A stretch of 59,852 bases of DNA from an uncultured Rhodopirellula sp. (GCA_964007735.1 CAXGAI010000026.1:1-59852); one strand, 5' to 3'. Numbered from the stretch's first letter, positions 39,116-52,149 are shown. A program made the numbers and translations. Notes: generated from the sequence alone by a model not told the origin.

Positions 39116-42100
39116 CTACTTTATATCTTTACTTTGCTTAATGAAAGAAATCACGTCAGCAATCTCCTGTGCATTTAGCTCTTTTTCCAGGCCGACCGGC
39201 ATGAGTGAAACACCGTTTGATATTAACTCATCGATGTTACTGCGAAGTACGACGTCTTGTTTACCTTCTGCCCGCTTCAAGGTAATACTGGTGGCAGTTT
39301 CGGAAGCAATGATTCCGGTGAGAACTTTCCCTTGTTGTGTGATGATCGTATAAACATTGAAATTTGGTTGTGCTTCCCGATTCGGATCTAAAATCGCAAT
39401 TAATAAGTCAGCCTCAGATTTGTTCTTTACGCTTGTCAGGTTTGGGGCAACCTGAGTGCCGATATTTCCGGCCTGATGACAGATGGAGCATTTCTTAGTG
39501 AAGATTTCTTTACCCGCGGAAACTTGGCCTTGTAACTTCAGTACCGATTGAAATTGCTGGACCACTTTGGCGCGATCCGTGCTGGCTTCATTACCAAAAA
39601 GCATTTGACTCTTTGTTTGTATCTCTTTGCTGGGGTGTTGTAGGAGTAATTGCTTTTTATCCCGTTCCACTTCAACGCGTTGGATGACTCCGGTTTCAAT
39701 AGCAGTCAGTAACAATTGTGTGTTGAGTGTTGATTGGGTGAGTACATCGACAGCCGCACGGCGAACAGGCGGGCTATAGCCTTTCCAACGCGACAGTAGA
39801 GTCTCAGCGAACTGGGGAGCATTGATCGCCCCGATGGTTTCGACCACTTGTAACTGCAAAACCTGAGGTGTTTGAGGGTTTAACAATGTTTCCAGAGAGG
39901 ATGTCGTGGAAGATAAGTGAGAGAACGATAGCAGTTGGAGTGCCGCCAGCCGATGAGCTAAGACGGCCTTTGCGTCTAAAGCAAGAGTTTGGGCAGCATT
40001 GAATGATTGCCCCAAATCTTTAGCTAAGTTGTTGGGGGCGGCTTTTGAAGTAATCATGGTACGAAGGGTTTTGCCACGTCGGCTTAACCCTTCACCTAGC
40101 CCACGAAGTACCAATGGTTGTAAACCCGTTGGTAAGTCAGCTGTTTGTGAGAGTACGCGGAAGGTTAAATTGTCTTGTTTGTTGGACCCAACAAGAATCG
40201 ATGCTTGCAGTACCAAGGAGGGAAGTTGACTTTTGCCCTCACCAGATTCTATCAGGGTAAAAAGAAACTGATCGGAAGAGGCTCCCACCGAGGAGAGGAC
40301 TGCCGTTTTGATTTCCGGAGTGGCATTGGAAGCCAAGGCTAGTTCCACGAGGGTTGGGATAGTGACTTCAGGCTTTGCTTCACCCAGAGAATATGCCATC
40401 TGAATTCGAATATGTTCACTGGCGTCCGCGGTCAATGTTTGGATTTGATTCACGAGTTTGATGTCTTCCTGAAGATACGGTTCAGCAAGCTTTATTGCAT
40501 GGGCTTTGACTCTCGGCTCAGGATCGAGAAATCCCGCAAACAAGTGCTTTGGCATTAGTGAGTTGAGCCCCTGTAATGTGTAGAGTCCGTGTAGGCGTCC
40601 GAGTGATGATTTGCCTGTTAATACCAATTCATCCAGAACCGTACGTATAGACTGATCCTGCCTCTCCACCAACAGACGTTGTGCGGTATTGCGATTCCAG
40701 CCATTTGTAGAGCTGAGCTCTTCAACCAGAGCCGTACTACTCATGCCGCCTAGATCTACGGGTTTTCGCACGATCATATCTTTTCGAACAACCCGATAGA
40801 TACGGCCACGGTCTTTACCACTTGTCAGATGCAGAAATTTTTTGATTTCCGCAGGGATAGAATAGGGATGTTCCACCGTTTCACGGTACATGTCGAGAAC
40901 ATAGAGAGTGCCATCAGGTGCATTCAGGAAATTGACGGGACGAAACCAATTGTCGGTTGATTGGATAAATTCGACACCCTCATCTGCTCGCTTACTACGG
41001 TACACCACTCCGGAGGGGTCAATATTCTTTCGGTGGACCAGATTGCCCCCAACGTCACCCACAAACGCATTACCGAGATAACGCTCCGGATAAGCATCAC
41101 CAGCGTAAATCGTAATGCCAGTGGCCGAGGTGAAGAAGCCGACTGGATATTCGGTGGGAACAACGCCCGCCGGCTTCGAGGAGTCAATCGGGATGAACTC
41201 CCATCCACCATCGTCGTTGATAACTAACCTGTAACCTTTGTCCAGGGCACGCCATTTCTGCCTTACAATTCTCCAAGGTTCAGGAGGACTTAAGCGAAAT
41301 ACACGAGCGCTGGCACCGTCGGTGGCAATACTACGGATCATTCCGGAGGCGACCAGATAGGGGTTTCTGGTAATGTAATGTTGAGGGTGGATGACTTGTT
41401 GGATGTGATTGCTATTACTGCAAACAAACCGAGTCCCCCAAATGTCACGTGCGTGACCAAATTGAACGCCTCCCGTTACCGTTTCGAATTGTTCAGTACG
41501 AGGATCAAATCTGAGATCGACTCCGCTTACGGGAAAGAGGGGGGTGCCGCGGTGAACAAGAGTTTTAGGGTTGCGACCGGCGGCAAAGTAAATTTTATTA
41601 TCGAGCCCCCAGATCAACCCATTGGCCACGGATTGCACGTTATTTCTACCGAAGCCTTCGAGTACGATCTCACGAACGTCTGCTTGATGGTCTCCATCGG
41701 TATCTTTGAGGTAGTACAGGAACTTTGGAGCCATCACAAAAATGCCTCCGTTGTAAGGTAGCACGGAGGTTGGCCAGCTAAGGTTGTCGGCAAAGACGGT
41801 ACTGCGATCCATCCTTCCGTCGCCGTCGATGTCTTCCAGCATGCGGATAATTCCAGCATTTTTCAGCCCACCGCCTTCGGGATTAAGTTGCGTTGGCTCC
41901 TGTGAGAATGGATAGCCATGCATTTCTGCAACAAACATCCGGCCATGCTCGTCGAAACATGCAGCAACAGGGTCCGCGACCAGTGGTTCCGCTGCCACTA
42001 ACTCCAGTTCAAATCCGTCCGCTACTTTGAAAGTACTCAAAGCATCTTTGGGATCCGTGTGAGGTATACGTGGCATATCTGCTTCTGTAACGACTCGTTC

Positions 42101-42175
42101 ATCCTGAGCGAAGAGATTACTTAGGGACAGAAAGACCATAACGATACTGAGAGATATAATGCGTAGATTGATCAT
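39116..42175 (-). CDS. PVC-type heme-binding CxxCH protein (paralog of the downstream gene)
   Basis: VAAEPLVADP, WFRPVNFLNAPDGTLYVLDMYR, GRIYRV, KKCSICH, SLMPVGLE. Confidence 0.9.
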   Translation of the reverse strand: MINLRIISLSIVMVFLSLSNLFAQDERVVTEADMPRIPHTDPKDALSTFKVADGFELELVAAEPLVADPVAACFDEHGRMFVAEMHGYPFSQEPTQLNPEGGGLKNAGIIRMLEDIDGDGRMDRSTVFADNLSWPTSVLPYNGGIFVMAPKFLYYLKDTDGDHQADVREIVLEGFGRNNVQSVANGLIWGLDNKIYFAAGRNPKTLVHRGTPLFPVSGVDLRFDPRTEQFETVTGGVQFGHARDIWGTRFVCSNSNHIQQVIHPQHYITRNPYLVASGMIRSIATDGASARVFRLSPPEPWRIVRQKWRALDKGYRLVINDDGGWEFIPIDSSKPAGVVPTEYPVGFFTSATGITIYAGDAYPERYLGNAFVGDVGGNLVHRKNIDPSGVVYRSKRADEGVEFIQSTDNWFRPVNFLNAPDGTLYVLDMYRETVEHPYSIPAEIKKFLHLTSGKDRGRIYRVVRKDMIVRKPVDLGGMSSTALVEELSSTNGWNRNTAQRLLVERQDQSIRTVLDELVLTGKSSLGRLHGLYTLQGLNSLMPKHLFAGFLDPEPRVKAHAIKLAEPYLQEDIKLVNQIQTLTADASEHIRIQMAYSLGEAKPEVTIPTLVELALASNATPEIKTAVLSSVGASSDQFLFTLIESGEGKSQLPSLVLQASILVGSNKQDNLTFRVLSQTADLPTGLQPLVLRGLGEGLSRRGKTLRTMITSKAAPNNLAKDLGQSFNAAQTLALDAKAVLAHRLAALQLLSFSHLSSTTSSLETLLNPQTPQVLQLQVVETIGAINAPQFAETLLSRWKGYSPPVRRAAVDVLTQSTLNTQLLLTAIETGVIQRVEVERDKKQLLLQHPSKEIQTKSQMLFGNEASTDRAKVVQQFQSVLKLQGQVSAGKEIFTKKCSICHQAGNIGTQVAPNLTSVKNKSEADLLIAILDPNREAQPNFNVYTIITQQGKVLTGIIASETATSITLKRAEGKQDVVLRSNIDELISNGVSLMPVGLEKELNAQEIADVISFIKQSKDIK

Positions 42176-42184
42176 GGTCTAGGC

Positions 42185-43582
42185 TCAGCTTTCCAAAAGC
42201 TTTTTAATCCCGGCGGTCATTACGTCGTCAACACTCGGTTCACAAAACGCTTTACTGACTTCATAACCCTTCGCCGGGTACTCCTCTTTCACCGGTAAAT
42301 ACCATGGGCCGCCATCACCATAAGCGGCTGTTGCTACAAAGGTGTTCGGTGCAATCGTTTGTGCTCTAAGCTGATATTCGATAAACGACTCGGCAGGTAA
42401 ATGGAGTGTGGCGATATCATTGATTCCCAGAGCGCTGAGGATAATCGGTTGCTTGCGTTCAACTCGATTTAGCCAGGCTAACATGTAGGAAGGACGATTT
42501 CGACTGACGACACTGCCAGCTTTGTTGGAGATAACTTTATTGAGTTCTTCCTTATTAAAAGTGCTGCGAACCTCGGGTAGTATCTCCACATTTCTCCAAC
42601 TCACCGTTTTTATCGGACTTACTTTTGTGTTTTGCAGAGAAGAATGCATTCCCTTGTAGATACGTTCCGCCAAAACGGCTCGAACCGGCTGGCTTCCGTC
42701 GTTATATTTTCCGGCAGAGATGTTACCGGCTGCACCGGTAAAATAAATGTGATGGCAGTTTGGTTGCTCTTCCTGGAGCTGTTTGCGAGCGATCCCGACG
42801 AAGTCGCTTGATACCAGACCATCTCCATAGTAACTCATCGGATGCGTAGCGTAATAATGGATTGCAGTAATCCGCTTGTCTTGGTTGTAGAATGAGATAG
42901 TCTTGAGCAGCGGGTCGATGGTACCCTCTGTCATTGCCCGTATTTTCGGGTCTTTGCAGCTACTACCCCTCATTGCTTTGATGACACCATTTTCATCACG
43001 ATAAATTCGCCGGTTGGAGGCAACCTTATCGACTTTGGCTTCTCCCTTTCCAATATGTGTAACCGCTTGGGCCCTGTGCAGACTTTGCTTTGCCGCCTCC
43101 GCGATTCGTTGACTGCAATCATGAAAGTAATCTTCCATCACAATGTGTGGCAGATCGCCCTGAGCTTCTACAATGGCTTGAGCTTCAAGACATGCAAACG
43201 GAGCATTGTGTTGATGGACGCAATGAATAGCAACACGTTCAGGAGTTGTACCGATAGCTGCGGCAAGCCTTTGACGCCAAAGGAGATGGCCGCCATTGGA
43301 TAAGGCCGTCCAGTCAATGGCCAGCAATATGATGGGTTTTCCCGCACCTTGTAAAACGATACCATGTGCTTCCAGAGCGTCGGTTACATCGATGACGGGC
43401 TTGATCCAACCACCGCATAATGAATGTCCTTTCGGTGGAGTGATGTCAACGGTGAAGTTGGATAACTTCAGAGAGACATTCTGGTGTTTCTCTGCTTGTA
43501 GCGATTCAGGAAGTAAACTCCAGACAGTAGCAGCAGCAAGAGATTGCTGTAAGAATTCTCTTCTGGGATTCGAAATGGACAT
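42185..43582 (-). CDS. Tat-exported neutral/alkaline ceramidase-like metallohydrolase
   Basis: PRREFL Tat motif, VDITPP, HCVHQHNAP, YATHP, TGAAGNI, LPAESF.EY. Confidence 0.7.
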   Translation of the reverse strand: MSISNPRREFLQQSLAAATVWSLLPESLQAEKHQNVSLKLSNFTVDITPPKGHSLCGGWIKPVIDVTDALEAHGIVLQGAGKPIILLAIDWTALSNGGHLLWRQRLAAAIGTTPERVAIHCVHQHNAPFACLEAQAIVEAQGDLPHIVMEDYFHDCSQRIAEAAKQSLHRAQAVTHIGKGEAKVDKVASNRRIYRDENGVIKAMRGSSCKDPKIRAMTEGTIDPLLKTISFYNQDKRITAIHYYATHPMSYYGDGLVSSDFVGIARKQLQEEQPNCHHIYFTGAAGNISAGKYNDGSQPVRAVLAERIYKGMHSSLQNTKVSPIKTVSWRNVEILPEVRSTFNKEELNKVISNKAGSVVSRNRPSYMLAWLNRVERKQPIILSALGINDIATLHLPAESFIEYQLRAQTIAPNTFVATAAYGDGGPWYLPVKEEYPAKGYEVSKAFCEPSVDDVMTAGIKKLLES

Positions 43583-43812
43583 AAGGGCTTCCTTTGGATT
43601 GGATCACCAACCGTGATCATGCTTCTTGGTTAGGTCATCCTCATTCTAATACACGAATCCCGACGATTCATGGATTCTCATCATTCGCCGCACCACTCAA
43701 GTAATTTAATTTCGCGTGAGATAGCGTTTACCAACTCGTTTGACAGCATGATGGGGCAGTTAACTAAGTTCAGGTAAATGCTACAATTACTTTTTACGAT
43801 CAGATTTTGGAG

Positions 43813-44742
43813 ATGAATGTGCGCGGATTGATTATTTTCTTTTGGATGTGTGGTACTTGCCTGGCTCAACAACAGGTGGATGAATTCACGCAACAGCAAC
43901 AGCCAGAAAAAGATAATGCTGTCGCCAAAGTGAAATTAACCGGCACTAAAGTCTCCGATGTCGAATATGCCATGGTGGGGGATCATAAACTGTTGCTCGA
44001 TCTTTATCTTCCCAGGCAACCGAAGGGTTCTCCGTTGGTGGTTTGGATTCATGGTGGCGGCTGGTATCAGAACAATAAGTCCAAAGTTTTTATTTCCTGG
44101 CTAGCGAATTACGGGGTTACGGTTGCCAGTATTAATTACCGGTTGGTGGATGTAGCCAAGTGGCCGGCGCAACTCCATGACTGTAAAGGAGCAGTACGCT
44201 GGCTGCGGGCGAATTCCGAGAAGTATGGCTATAATGCAGATCGCATTGTCGTTGCCGGCGCCAGTGCGGGCGGACATTTAGCAGCCCTGATGGGTACCAC
44301 GGGAGATGTCAAAGAATTAGAAGGAGAGGTTGGTGGTAATCGGGATTATTCTTCCCGGGTTCAGGGAGTGGTGGATTACTATGGTGCCACCGATTTTGTT
44401 TTGCGAAGTAAAACTCAACCTTCCCGTGCCAACAAAAAAGGGTCCGTCGTTTACAACCTTCTTGGTGGCGGTGCGGATCAGTTAGTGAATGTTGCTAAGC
44501 AGGCATCTGCAAAGTATCACGTCACGAATGACGATCCACCATTTCTTGTATTTCATGGTGAGAAAGACAAGACGGTGCTGATCGATCAGTCTGAAGCCAT
44601 TGACGAGGCATATCAGAAAGCCGGGCTAACGATGACATTTCATCGGGTTGCCGAAGGTAAACATGGTGGTTACGTATTTTACTCAGGTACAAATGCCAGA
44701 CGGCTCTATGCATTCGTAAAGATGTACTCAAAAGTGAAATAA
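43813..44742 (+). CDS. Secreted alpha/beta hydrolase (HSL-like / BD-FAE-type esterase)
   Basis: HGGGW oxyanion motif, GASAG nucleophile, HGEKDKTV, GKHG; signal peptide. Confidence 0.9.
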   Translation: MNVRGLIIFFWMCGTCLAQQQVDEFTQQQQPEKDNAVAKVKLTGTKVSDVEYAMVGDHKLLLDLYLPRQPKGSPLVVWIHGGGWYQNNKSKVFISWLANYGVTVASINYRLVDVAKWPAQLHDCKGAVRWLRANSEKYGYNADRIVVAGASAGGHLAALMGTTGDVKELEGEVGGNRDYSSRVQGVVDYYGATDFVLRSKTQPSRANKKGSVVYNLLGGGADQLVNVAKQASAKYHVTNDDPPFLVFHGEKDKTVLIDQSEAIDEAYQKAGLTMTFHRVAEGKHGGYVFYSGTNARRLYAFVKMYSKVK

Positions 44743-44839
44743 TTTACAAACAGCGAAACATTTGTTGGCTCTTTTGGTTTAATAACGGTTCTCAAGTGCC
44801 TCACGCCTTGGAGGGCAACTAGATCTATCGCGGGGATAA

Positions 44840-45526
44840 ATGATGGACGAACAGGTCGACGCAGTCCAGAACACAGTGGAGTCACTGTGGAGTGCAGAAC
44901 AAATAGCCTCTATTCAAACCATAGCGATTTACTTGCTTCTGGCCTTCCTTTTTTCGTTTTATATCCGGTTCCTTTATCGTCGTTTTCATGTCGTTGAAAG
45001 CGGTACAGATTCAGTTTCCATTATCTTTCCATTGCTTACGGTGGTGACAGTAGCTGTCATCATGACTATTAAATCTTCACTTGCTCTTTCGTTAGGCATG
45101 GTTGGTGCACTTTCGATCGTTAGATTTCGAACGGCAATTCGTCAGCCTCAGGAATTGGCTTACTTATTTTTATGTATTGCGATTGGACTGTCATTGGGAG
45201 CAGAGTTTCCACAATTAGCAGTCATTCTGGTCATCATTGCATCGGTATGTGCATTTTGGATGGGAAGACAGGCCGAGAGTGATTCGATAAATCCATTGGT
45301 GTTAACCGTTGCGGGTGATAATGCGGAAGTCCTCTTTGATGCGGCAACCGGTGTGATTGCGTCATTGGGCGAATATGTCGCGGAAGTTCAGCTCAAACGC
45401 TTAGAAGTAGAAGGTGAGAATTCACAAGTGCGAGTAGAGTTAAGTGGAATAGACACGATAAAGGCTTTAGAAGTGATGCAACATCTCACTACCCTCTTTC
45501 CCAATTCACGAATCAAAATTCAGTAG
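44840..45526 (+). CDS. DUF4956 family membrane protein
   Basis: SSLALSLGMVGALSIVRFRTAI..P.ELAYLF motif. Confidence 0.85.
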   Translation: MMDEQVDAVQNTVESLWSAEQIASIQTIAIYLLLAFLFSFYIRFLYRRFHVVESGTDSVSIIFPLLTVVTVAVIMTIKSSLALSLGMVGALSIVRFRTAIRQPQELAYLFLCIAIGLSLGAEFPQLAVILVIIASVCAFWMGRQAESDSINPLVLTVAGDNAEVLFDAATGVIASLGEYVAEVQLKRLEVEGENSQVRVELSGIDTIKALEVMQHLTTLFPNSRIKIQ

Positions 45527-45554
45527 TTAAGAAAACATAAAGCAATTACAAATT

Positions 45555-47930
45555 ATGCGTATTTTCATCTGCACCTTCTTCTTCCTAATGACCCTGCCAA
45601 TCTTTGCGCAGCCTCCGGTCTTTGAGCCAGGCTTGCCGTTAGAGGCAACGGATATACCGTTAGATCCGTTCTCCGCCAAGTTGGATACCAATGGAGATGG
45701 CGAGATTTCCGCGGAGGAAATCAAGGCTGCTCCAAAGGTGCTGGAAAGTTTGGACAAGAATAACGATGGTACTTTGACCATGGATGAGCTGTTTCCCAGG
45801 ATGGGAAACGGCCCTGGAAGGGAGGGCGGAGCAGGACCAGCCGGGCCCAACAGAACCATTCTTCGACTGACAGCCAAGTATGATGCGGATAAGAACGGTT
45901 ATCTGGATCCGGCCGAACGAAAAAAAGCATTGGAAGAAATAGCCACCAATCCACGAAGTGGTGGTCGGCCAGGTATGCGGCCGGGCGGGATGCAGTTAGA
46001 AGGTAAGCCCGGCCCTAAAGTTTCCGTGGCTGATGTAGAGAAGTTCAGTGATCGGGCACTTTATCACCCGGATACTCTGCGCACAATCTTTATTCGGTTT
46101 GACGTTGATAGCTGGGAAGAAGATATGGCTCAATTCAAAGAGACCGATGTGCAAATGCCAGCCACGGTGATCGTTGATGGTCAAGAGTATCCGATGGTCG
46201 GTATTAAGTTCCGCGGTCAAAGTTCTTTTGGACACGTGCCGGCAGGGTCAAAGCGATCTCTTAATTTGTCCATGGACTTTCTGCATGAAGAGCAACGTCT
46301 TTTAGGTTACAAGACACTCAATCTCCTGAACTGTAACGGAGATCCTTCATTCCTCAGTAGTATTCTTTATGCCAAGGTCGCCTCACCGTTTTTACCTGTT
46401 CCACAATCCAATTTGGTCAAAGTGGTTATCAATGGTGAAAGCTGGGGGGTTTATGCCAATGTTCAGCAATACAATAAAGACTTTCTGCAGGAATTCTTTG
46501 GTACGACGGAAGGGGCACGGTGGAAAGTCCCGGGATCGCCCTGGGCCATGGGAGGATTACAGTACACAGGAGACGATATTGAGCAATATCGCTCGAAGTT
46601 TGAGATCAAATCCAAAGACAGCGAAACGTCCTGGCGAGCACTCATCAACTTGTGCAAAGTTCTAAATGAAACTTCTTTCGAAGATTTGCCGAATGCGATT
46701 GAGCCGCGCTTGAATGTCGATGGAGTTTTAAGGTTTTTGGCGCTCGATGTGGCGTTAGTTAACAGCGATGGATATTGGACACGTGCTAGTGATTACAGCA
46801 TCTATCTGGATCCACAGAATGTATTTCACATTATCCCGCATGATATGAATGAAGCTCTCAAGGCTGGTCATGGTGGTGGACCGGGAGGGAGACCTGGCGG
46901 AGGCCGGGGAGGCCCCGGGGGCCGTGGTGGTTTCGGAGGAAGACCCGGCGGTGGATTCCCATTTCCACCAGACTTCCCGCCTGAATTGATTCCGGACGAT
47001 TTGCCAGGCTTGGGTCGGCCCGATTTCGGTCCACCTCAAGCAGGCAGACCCGGAGGTGGCGGAGTTCAGGGAAGACCAGGTGGCCCCGGTGGACCTGGTG
47101 GTGGAGGCCCTACGCTGGATCCATTAGTGGCGATCGATAATGAACGGATGCCACTTCGAAGTAAGTTACTTCAAGTGCCACAGTACCGTGAAAAATATTT
47201 GCAGTATGTGAAGGAACTCGCTGCCAACCATATCACCGTCGAGAATCTTGGCCCCGTCATTGATCACTATCGGGAATTAGTCAAAGAAGAAGTCGCAATG
47301 GATACTCGCAAACGCACTACTTTGGACGCGTTTATTACCGCGACGACTCCTCCCGGTGAAGGAGGGAATGTGATCACCAGCTTGTTTGGATTTATCGAGC
47401 AACGGCGGGATTTCTTGTTAAAGCATGAAGCCATCTCTGCTAGCTCCGAGATTCAACTAACCCCCTATGCGAATTCCACACAGTCCTTTGGTGATCGTAA
47501 TGCCCCGCTGACGATTAGTGAGTTCATGGCATCCAACCAGCGTATCGTGAAGAATGCGGATGGTGAGTTTGAAGATTGGATTGAAATCTATAATTCAAGT
47601 GACGAAGATGTGGTGCTGACAGGACTTTATTTATCAGACCGTGATGATGACCTGACCAAATGGCAATTTCCAACAGACGCTGTCATCAAAGCAGGACAGT
47701 ATCTTGTTGTGTGGGCGGATGAGTCTGGAGAAAAAGAGGGTCTTCACACTAACTTTAAGCTTTCCAAGAGCGGAGAGGTGATCGTTCTAAGCAATGGCAG
47801 GACGGTGATCGACCGTATTCAATTTGGTATGCAGACCACAAATATCTCACAAGGACGATTGAATTCCAGTGACGGAAAGCTTGATAGGCTCACACCCACC
47901 CCGGCGGCAGCAAATCAAAAGCTGAAATAG
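45555..47930 (+). CDS. CotH kinase family protein with EF-hands, a Gly/Pro/Arg-rich insertion and a C-terminal lamin-tail domain
   Basis: Signal peptide; DTNGDGEIS, DKNNDGTLT, DADKNGYLD; GIKFRGQSS, KRSLNL, NSDGY, IIPHDMNE; LTD ISEFMASN..DWIEIYN..GLYLSD. Confidence 0.88.
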   Translation: MRIFICTFFFLMTLPIFAQPPVFEPGLPLEATDIPLDPFSAKLDTNGDGEISAEEIKAAPKVLESLDKNNDGTLTMDELFPRMGNGPGREGGAGPAGPNRTILRLTAKYDADKNGYLDPAERKKALEEIATNPRSGGRPGMRPGGMQLEGKPGPKVSVADVEKFSDRALYHPDTLRTIFIRFDVDSWEEDMAQFKETDVQMPATVIVDGQEYPMVGIKFRGQSSFGHVPAGSKRSLNLSMDFLHEEQRLLGYKTLNLLNCNGDPSFLSSILYAKVASPFLPVPQSNLVKVVINGESWGVYANVQQYNKDFLQEFFGTTEGARWKVPGSPWAMGGLQYTGDDIEQYRSKFEIKSKDSETSWRALINLCKVLNETSFEDLPNAIEPRLNVDGVLRFLALDVALVNSDGYWTRASDYSIYLDPQNVFHIIPHDMNEALKAGHGGGPGGRPGGGRGGPGGRGGFGGRPGGGFPFPPDFPPELIPDDLPGLGRPDFGPPQAGRPGGGGVQGRPGGPGGPGGGGPTLDPLVAIDNERMPLRSKLLQVPQYREKYLQYVKELAANHITVENLGPVIDHYRELVKEEVAMDTRKRTTLDAFITATTPPGEGGNVITSLFGFIEQRRDFLLKHEAISASSEIQLTPYANSTQSFGDRNAPLTISEFMASNQRIVKNADGEFEDWIEIYNSSDEDVVLTGLYLSDRDDDLTKWQFPTDAVIKAGQYLVVWADESGEKEGLHTNFKLSKSGEVIVLSNGRTVIDRIQFGMQTTNISQGRLNSSDGKLDRLTPTPAAANQKLK
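46866..47110 (+). repeat. Low-complexity GGPGG/GRPGG-encoding region inside the CotH gene
   Basis: Repeated GG(P/R)GG peptide units in a locally GC-rich stretch. Confidence 0.7.
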
Positions 47931-47932
47931 GA

Positions 47933-48856
47933 TTAGGGCTTACGAGACTCAGGTGCCTCTAAAATTGTTTTGACTCGGGAGGTAATCTCGTCATAAAGAG
48001 ACGAATCGAGTGGGCCCTTGCAAAGACTGCGAATGTTTTCGTCCAGATGTTCAGGATCACAAGTCCCGACAATAGTTGTATTGAAGTGTGGGTGACTAAT
48101 GGTGTAACGTAAAATTAACTCAGCTCGACTCATATTCTCCCCGCAAAGCTCATCTAGGTTGGCCTGAGTCCAAACATCAAATAAGGCAGGTCGATCGATT
48201 TCCGCATCCGGACCACCGTGGGCAATGCCTCCACGGATGATAATGCCCGCGCCGCTCTCAGCGGCTTTCGTAATCCAATCATGATGTCTGGGAGCTAGAC
48301 ATGAATAGGGCATTTGAATCGTATCAAAGACGTCTAGTTCAATCATGCCAGGCAAATGTGGCAAAGAACTGGAAGACCCAATGAATCGGATCAGTCCCTG
48401 AGCTTTGAATTCCAGCAGGGTATCGATTAACCCTGCCTGCTGAATGGTTTCAGCATCACCACCGTGAAACTGGAGCAGATCAATGTAGTCAGTTTGCAGT
48501 CGCTCGAGACTGGTTTCTATATTTCGTTGTAAAACATCTCTGGTCCAGGTGTGGAGCACTTCCAGATGATCTTCATGTTGAATGTAGTCACAACCACATT
48601 TGGTTGCCAAATAGTATTCATTTCGACGGGAACTGATAAATCGCCCGATACGCTCTTCACTGACTCCGTAGTCAGGAGAGGTGTCGATGAAATTAATCCC
48701 CTTGTCGAGTACTCGATTTAGAAATTCATTAGCTGCTTCGTCGTCGACCACCCGGACGCCCCAGGTGGCGGGACCACGCAGTCCCATGCTACCGTATCCC
48801 AATTGCGTGACTTCAAGATTGGTTCTTCCCAGCGTACGTTTTGGTAGCAGAGTCAT
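47933..48856 (-). CDS. Aldo/keto reductase
   Basis: RTLGRTNLEVTQLGYG, FIDTSPDYG.SEE, LATKCG, SLERLQTDYIDLLQFH. ATG 48856 avoids overlap with icd. Confidence 0.92.
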   Translation of the reverse strand: MTLLPKRTLGRTNLEVTQLGYGSMGLRGPATWGVRVVDDEAANEFLNRVLDKGINFIDTSPDYGVSEERIGRFISSRRNEYYLATKCGCDYIQHEDHLEVLHTWTRDVLQRNIETSLERLQTDYIDLLQFHGGDAETIQQAGLIDTLLEFKAQGLIRFIGSSSSLPHLPGMIELDVFDTIQMPYSCLAPRHHDWITKAAESGAGIIIRGGIAHGGPDAEIDRPALFDVWTQANLDELCGENMSRAELILRYTISHPHFNTTIVGTCDPEHLDENIRSLCKGPLDSSLYDEITSRVKTILEAPESRKP

Positions 48857-48890
48857 GCGACCATCCTGAATAGAAATGACTTGAGATGAA

Positions 48891-51194
<2,304 letters not shown>

Positions 51195-51303
51195 TTACCA
51201 GTGTTCGCTTCGATTCAGTATCTTCAAGCTCAGGCTTGACTGTTATAGTTGGTTAGGAAGACCGATGGTGTGTTTGATAATGCGTCCGCTGAATTTTGTA
51301 ACG

Positions 51304-52149
51304 ATGAAAAATTTACTATCCAGTATGGTGTTGATACTAGGTATGACTGCCGGGTGCAGTGAGCCTGTGGATACTTTTACACATCAGGAAGTGGAGTTCA
51401 TTCCCGGAAACGCTCATGGGGATGCGGTGTCACTGTTTAGTGCTGTCCACTCGGGGAATATCGAAGGAATCATTCTGGCGGTGGAGTCGGGGATTGATGT
51501 AAATGCTCAGGATGATCGCGGTGCGACTCCCCTGCACATTGCGGCTTTTCGCGGCGAAGTCGAAATTGCTGAATATCTCCTATCGGAAGGAGCCGATCCG
51601 ACAATCACGAATCTTGATGGATTAACGGCTCTTCAAACCGCCGAATATGTACGGCACGCGATGATGGTGATCGTTTTGGGTCAAGCCAGTGGAATAGACT
51701 CGGTCATGCTTCCAGACGCCGAGTCGACGATTTGGGATGCGGCACGCGAGGGAAATTTAACGGCATTGGAATTCCATTTGTCGGATGATCTGGATGTTAA
51801 TACCCGCCTTGATTTGAAAGAGGATCCTGCCTTTGGCGGATCGGCATTACACATTGCTATCATGGAGTTCGCTAACGAAGCGGTACTTTACCTGATCGAA
51901 CGGGGGGCTAATGTGAATTTGCCCGCTGCTAACGACCAAAAGGGAACGCCTTTGCATTGGGCTGTCAAGGCTGCCAACGATGATGGGGTAAGGATGTTAT
52001 TGGATGCGGGAGCGGATCGAATGCTGCCTGATGCCAACGGCAAGCTGCCATTGGATATACTGGAAAAGGCACCCCAGGAAGCTGAGAATGAAATTGCGAA
52101 TATCAGGGTATTATTATCGGAAGCAGCACCTGCTTCGACCATTCCCTGA
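51304..52149 (+). CDS. Ankyrin-repeat putative lipoprotein
   Basis: MKNLLSSMVLILGMTAGC lipobox-like signal; GATPLHIAA, GSALHIA, GTPLHWAV, GADP/GANVN repeats. Confidence 0.85.
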   Translation: MKNLLSSMVLILGMTAGCSEPVDTFTHQEVEFIPGNAHGDAVSLFSAVHSGNIEGIILAVESGIDVNAQDDRGATPLHIAAFRGEVEIAEYLLSEGADPTITNLDGLTALQTAEYVRHAMMVIVLGQASGIDSVMLPDAESTIWDAAREGNLTALEFHLSDDLDVNTRLDLKEDPAFGGSALHIAIMEFANEAVLYLIERGANVNLPAANDQKGTPLHWAVKAANDDGVRMLLDAGADRMLPDANGKLPLDILEKAPQEAENEIANIRVLLSEAAPASTIP

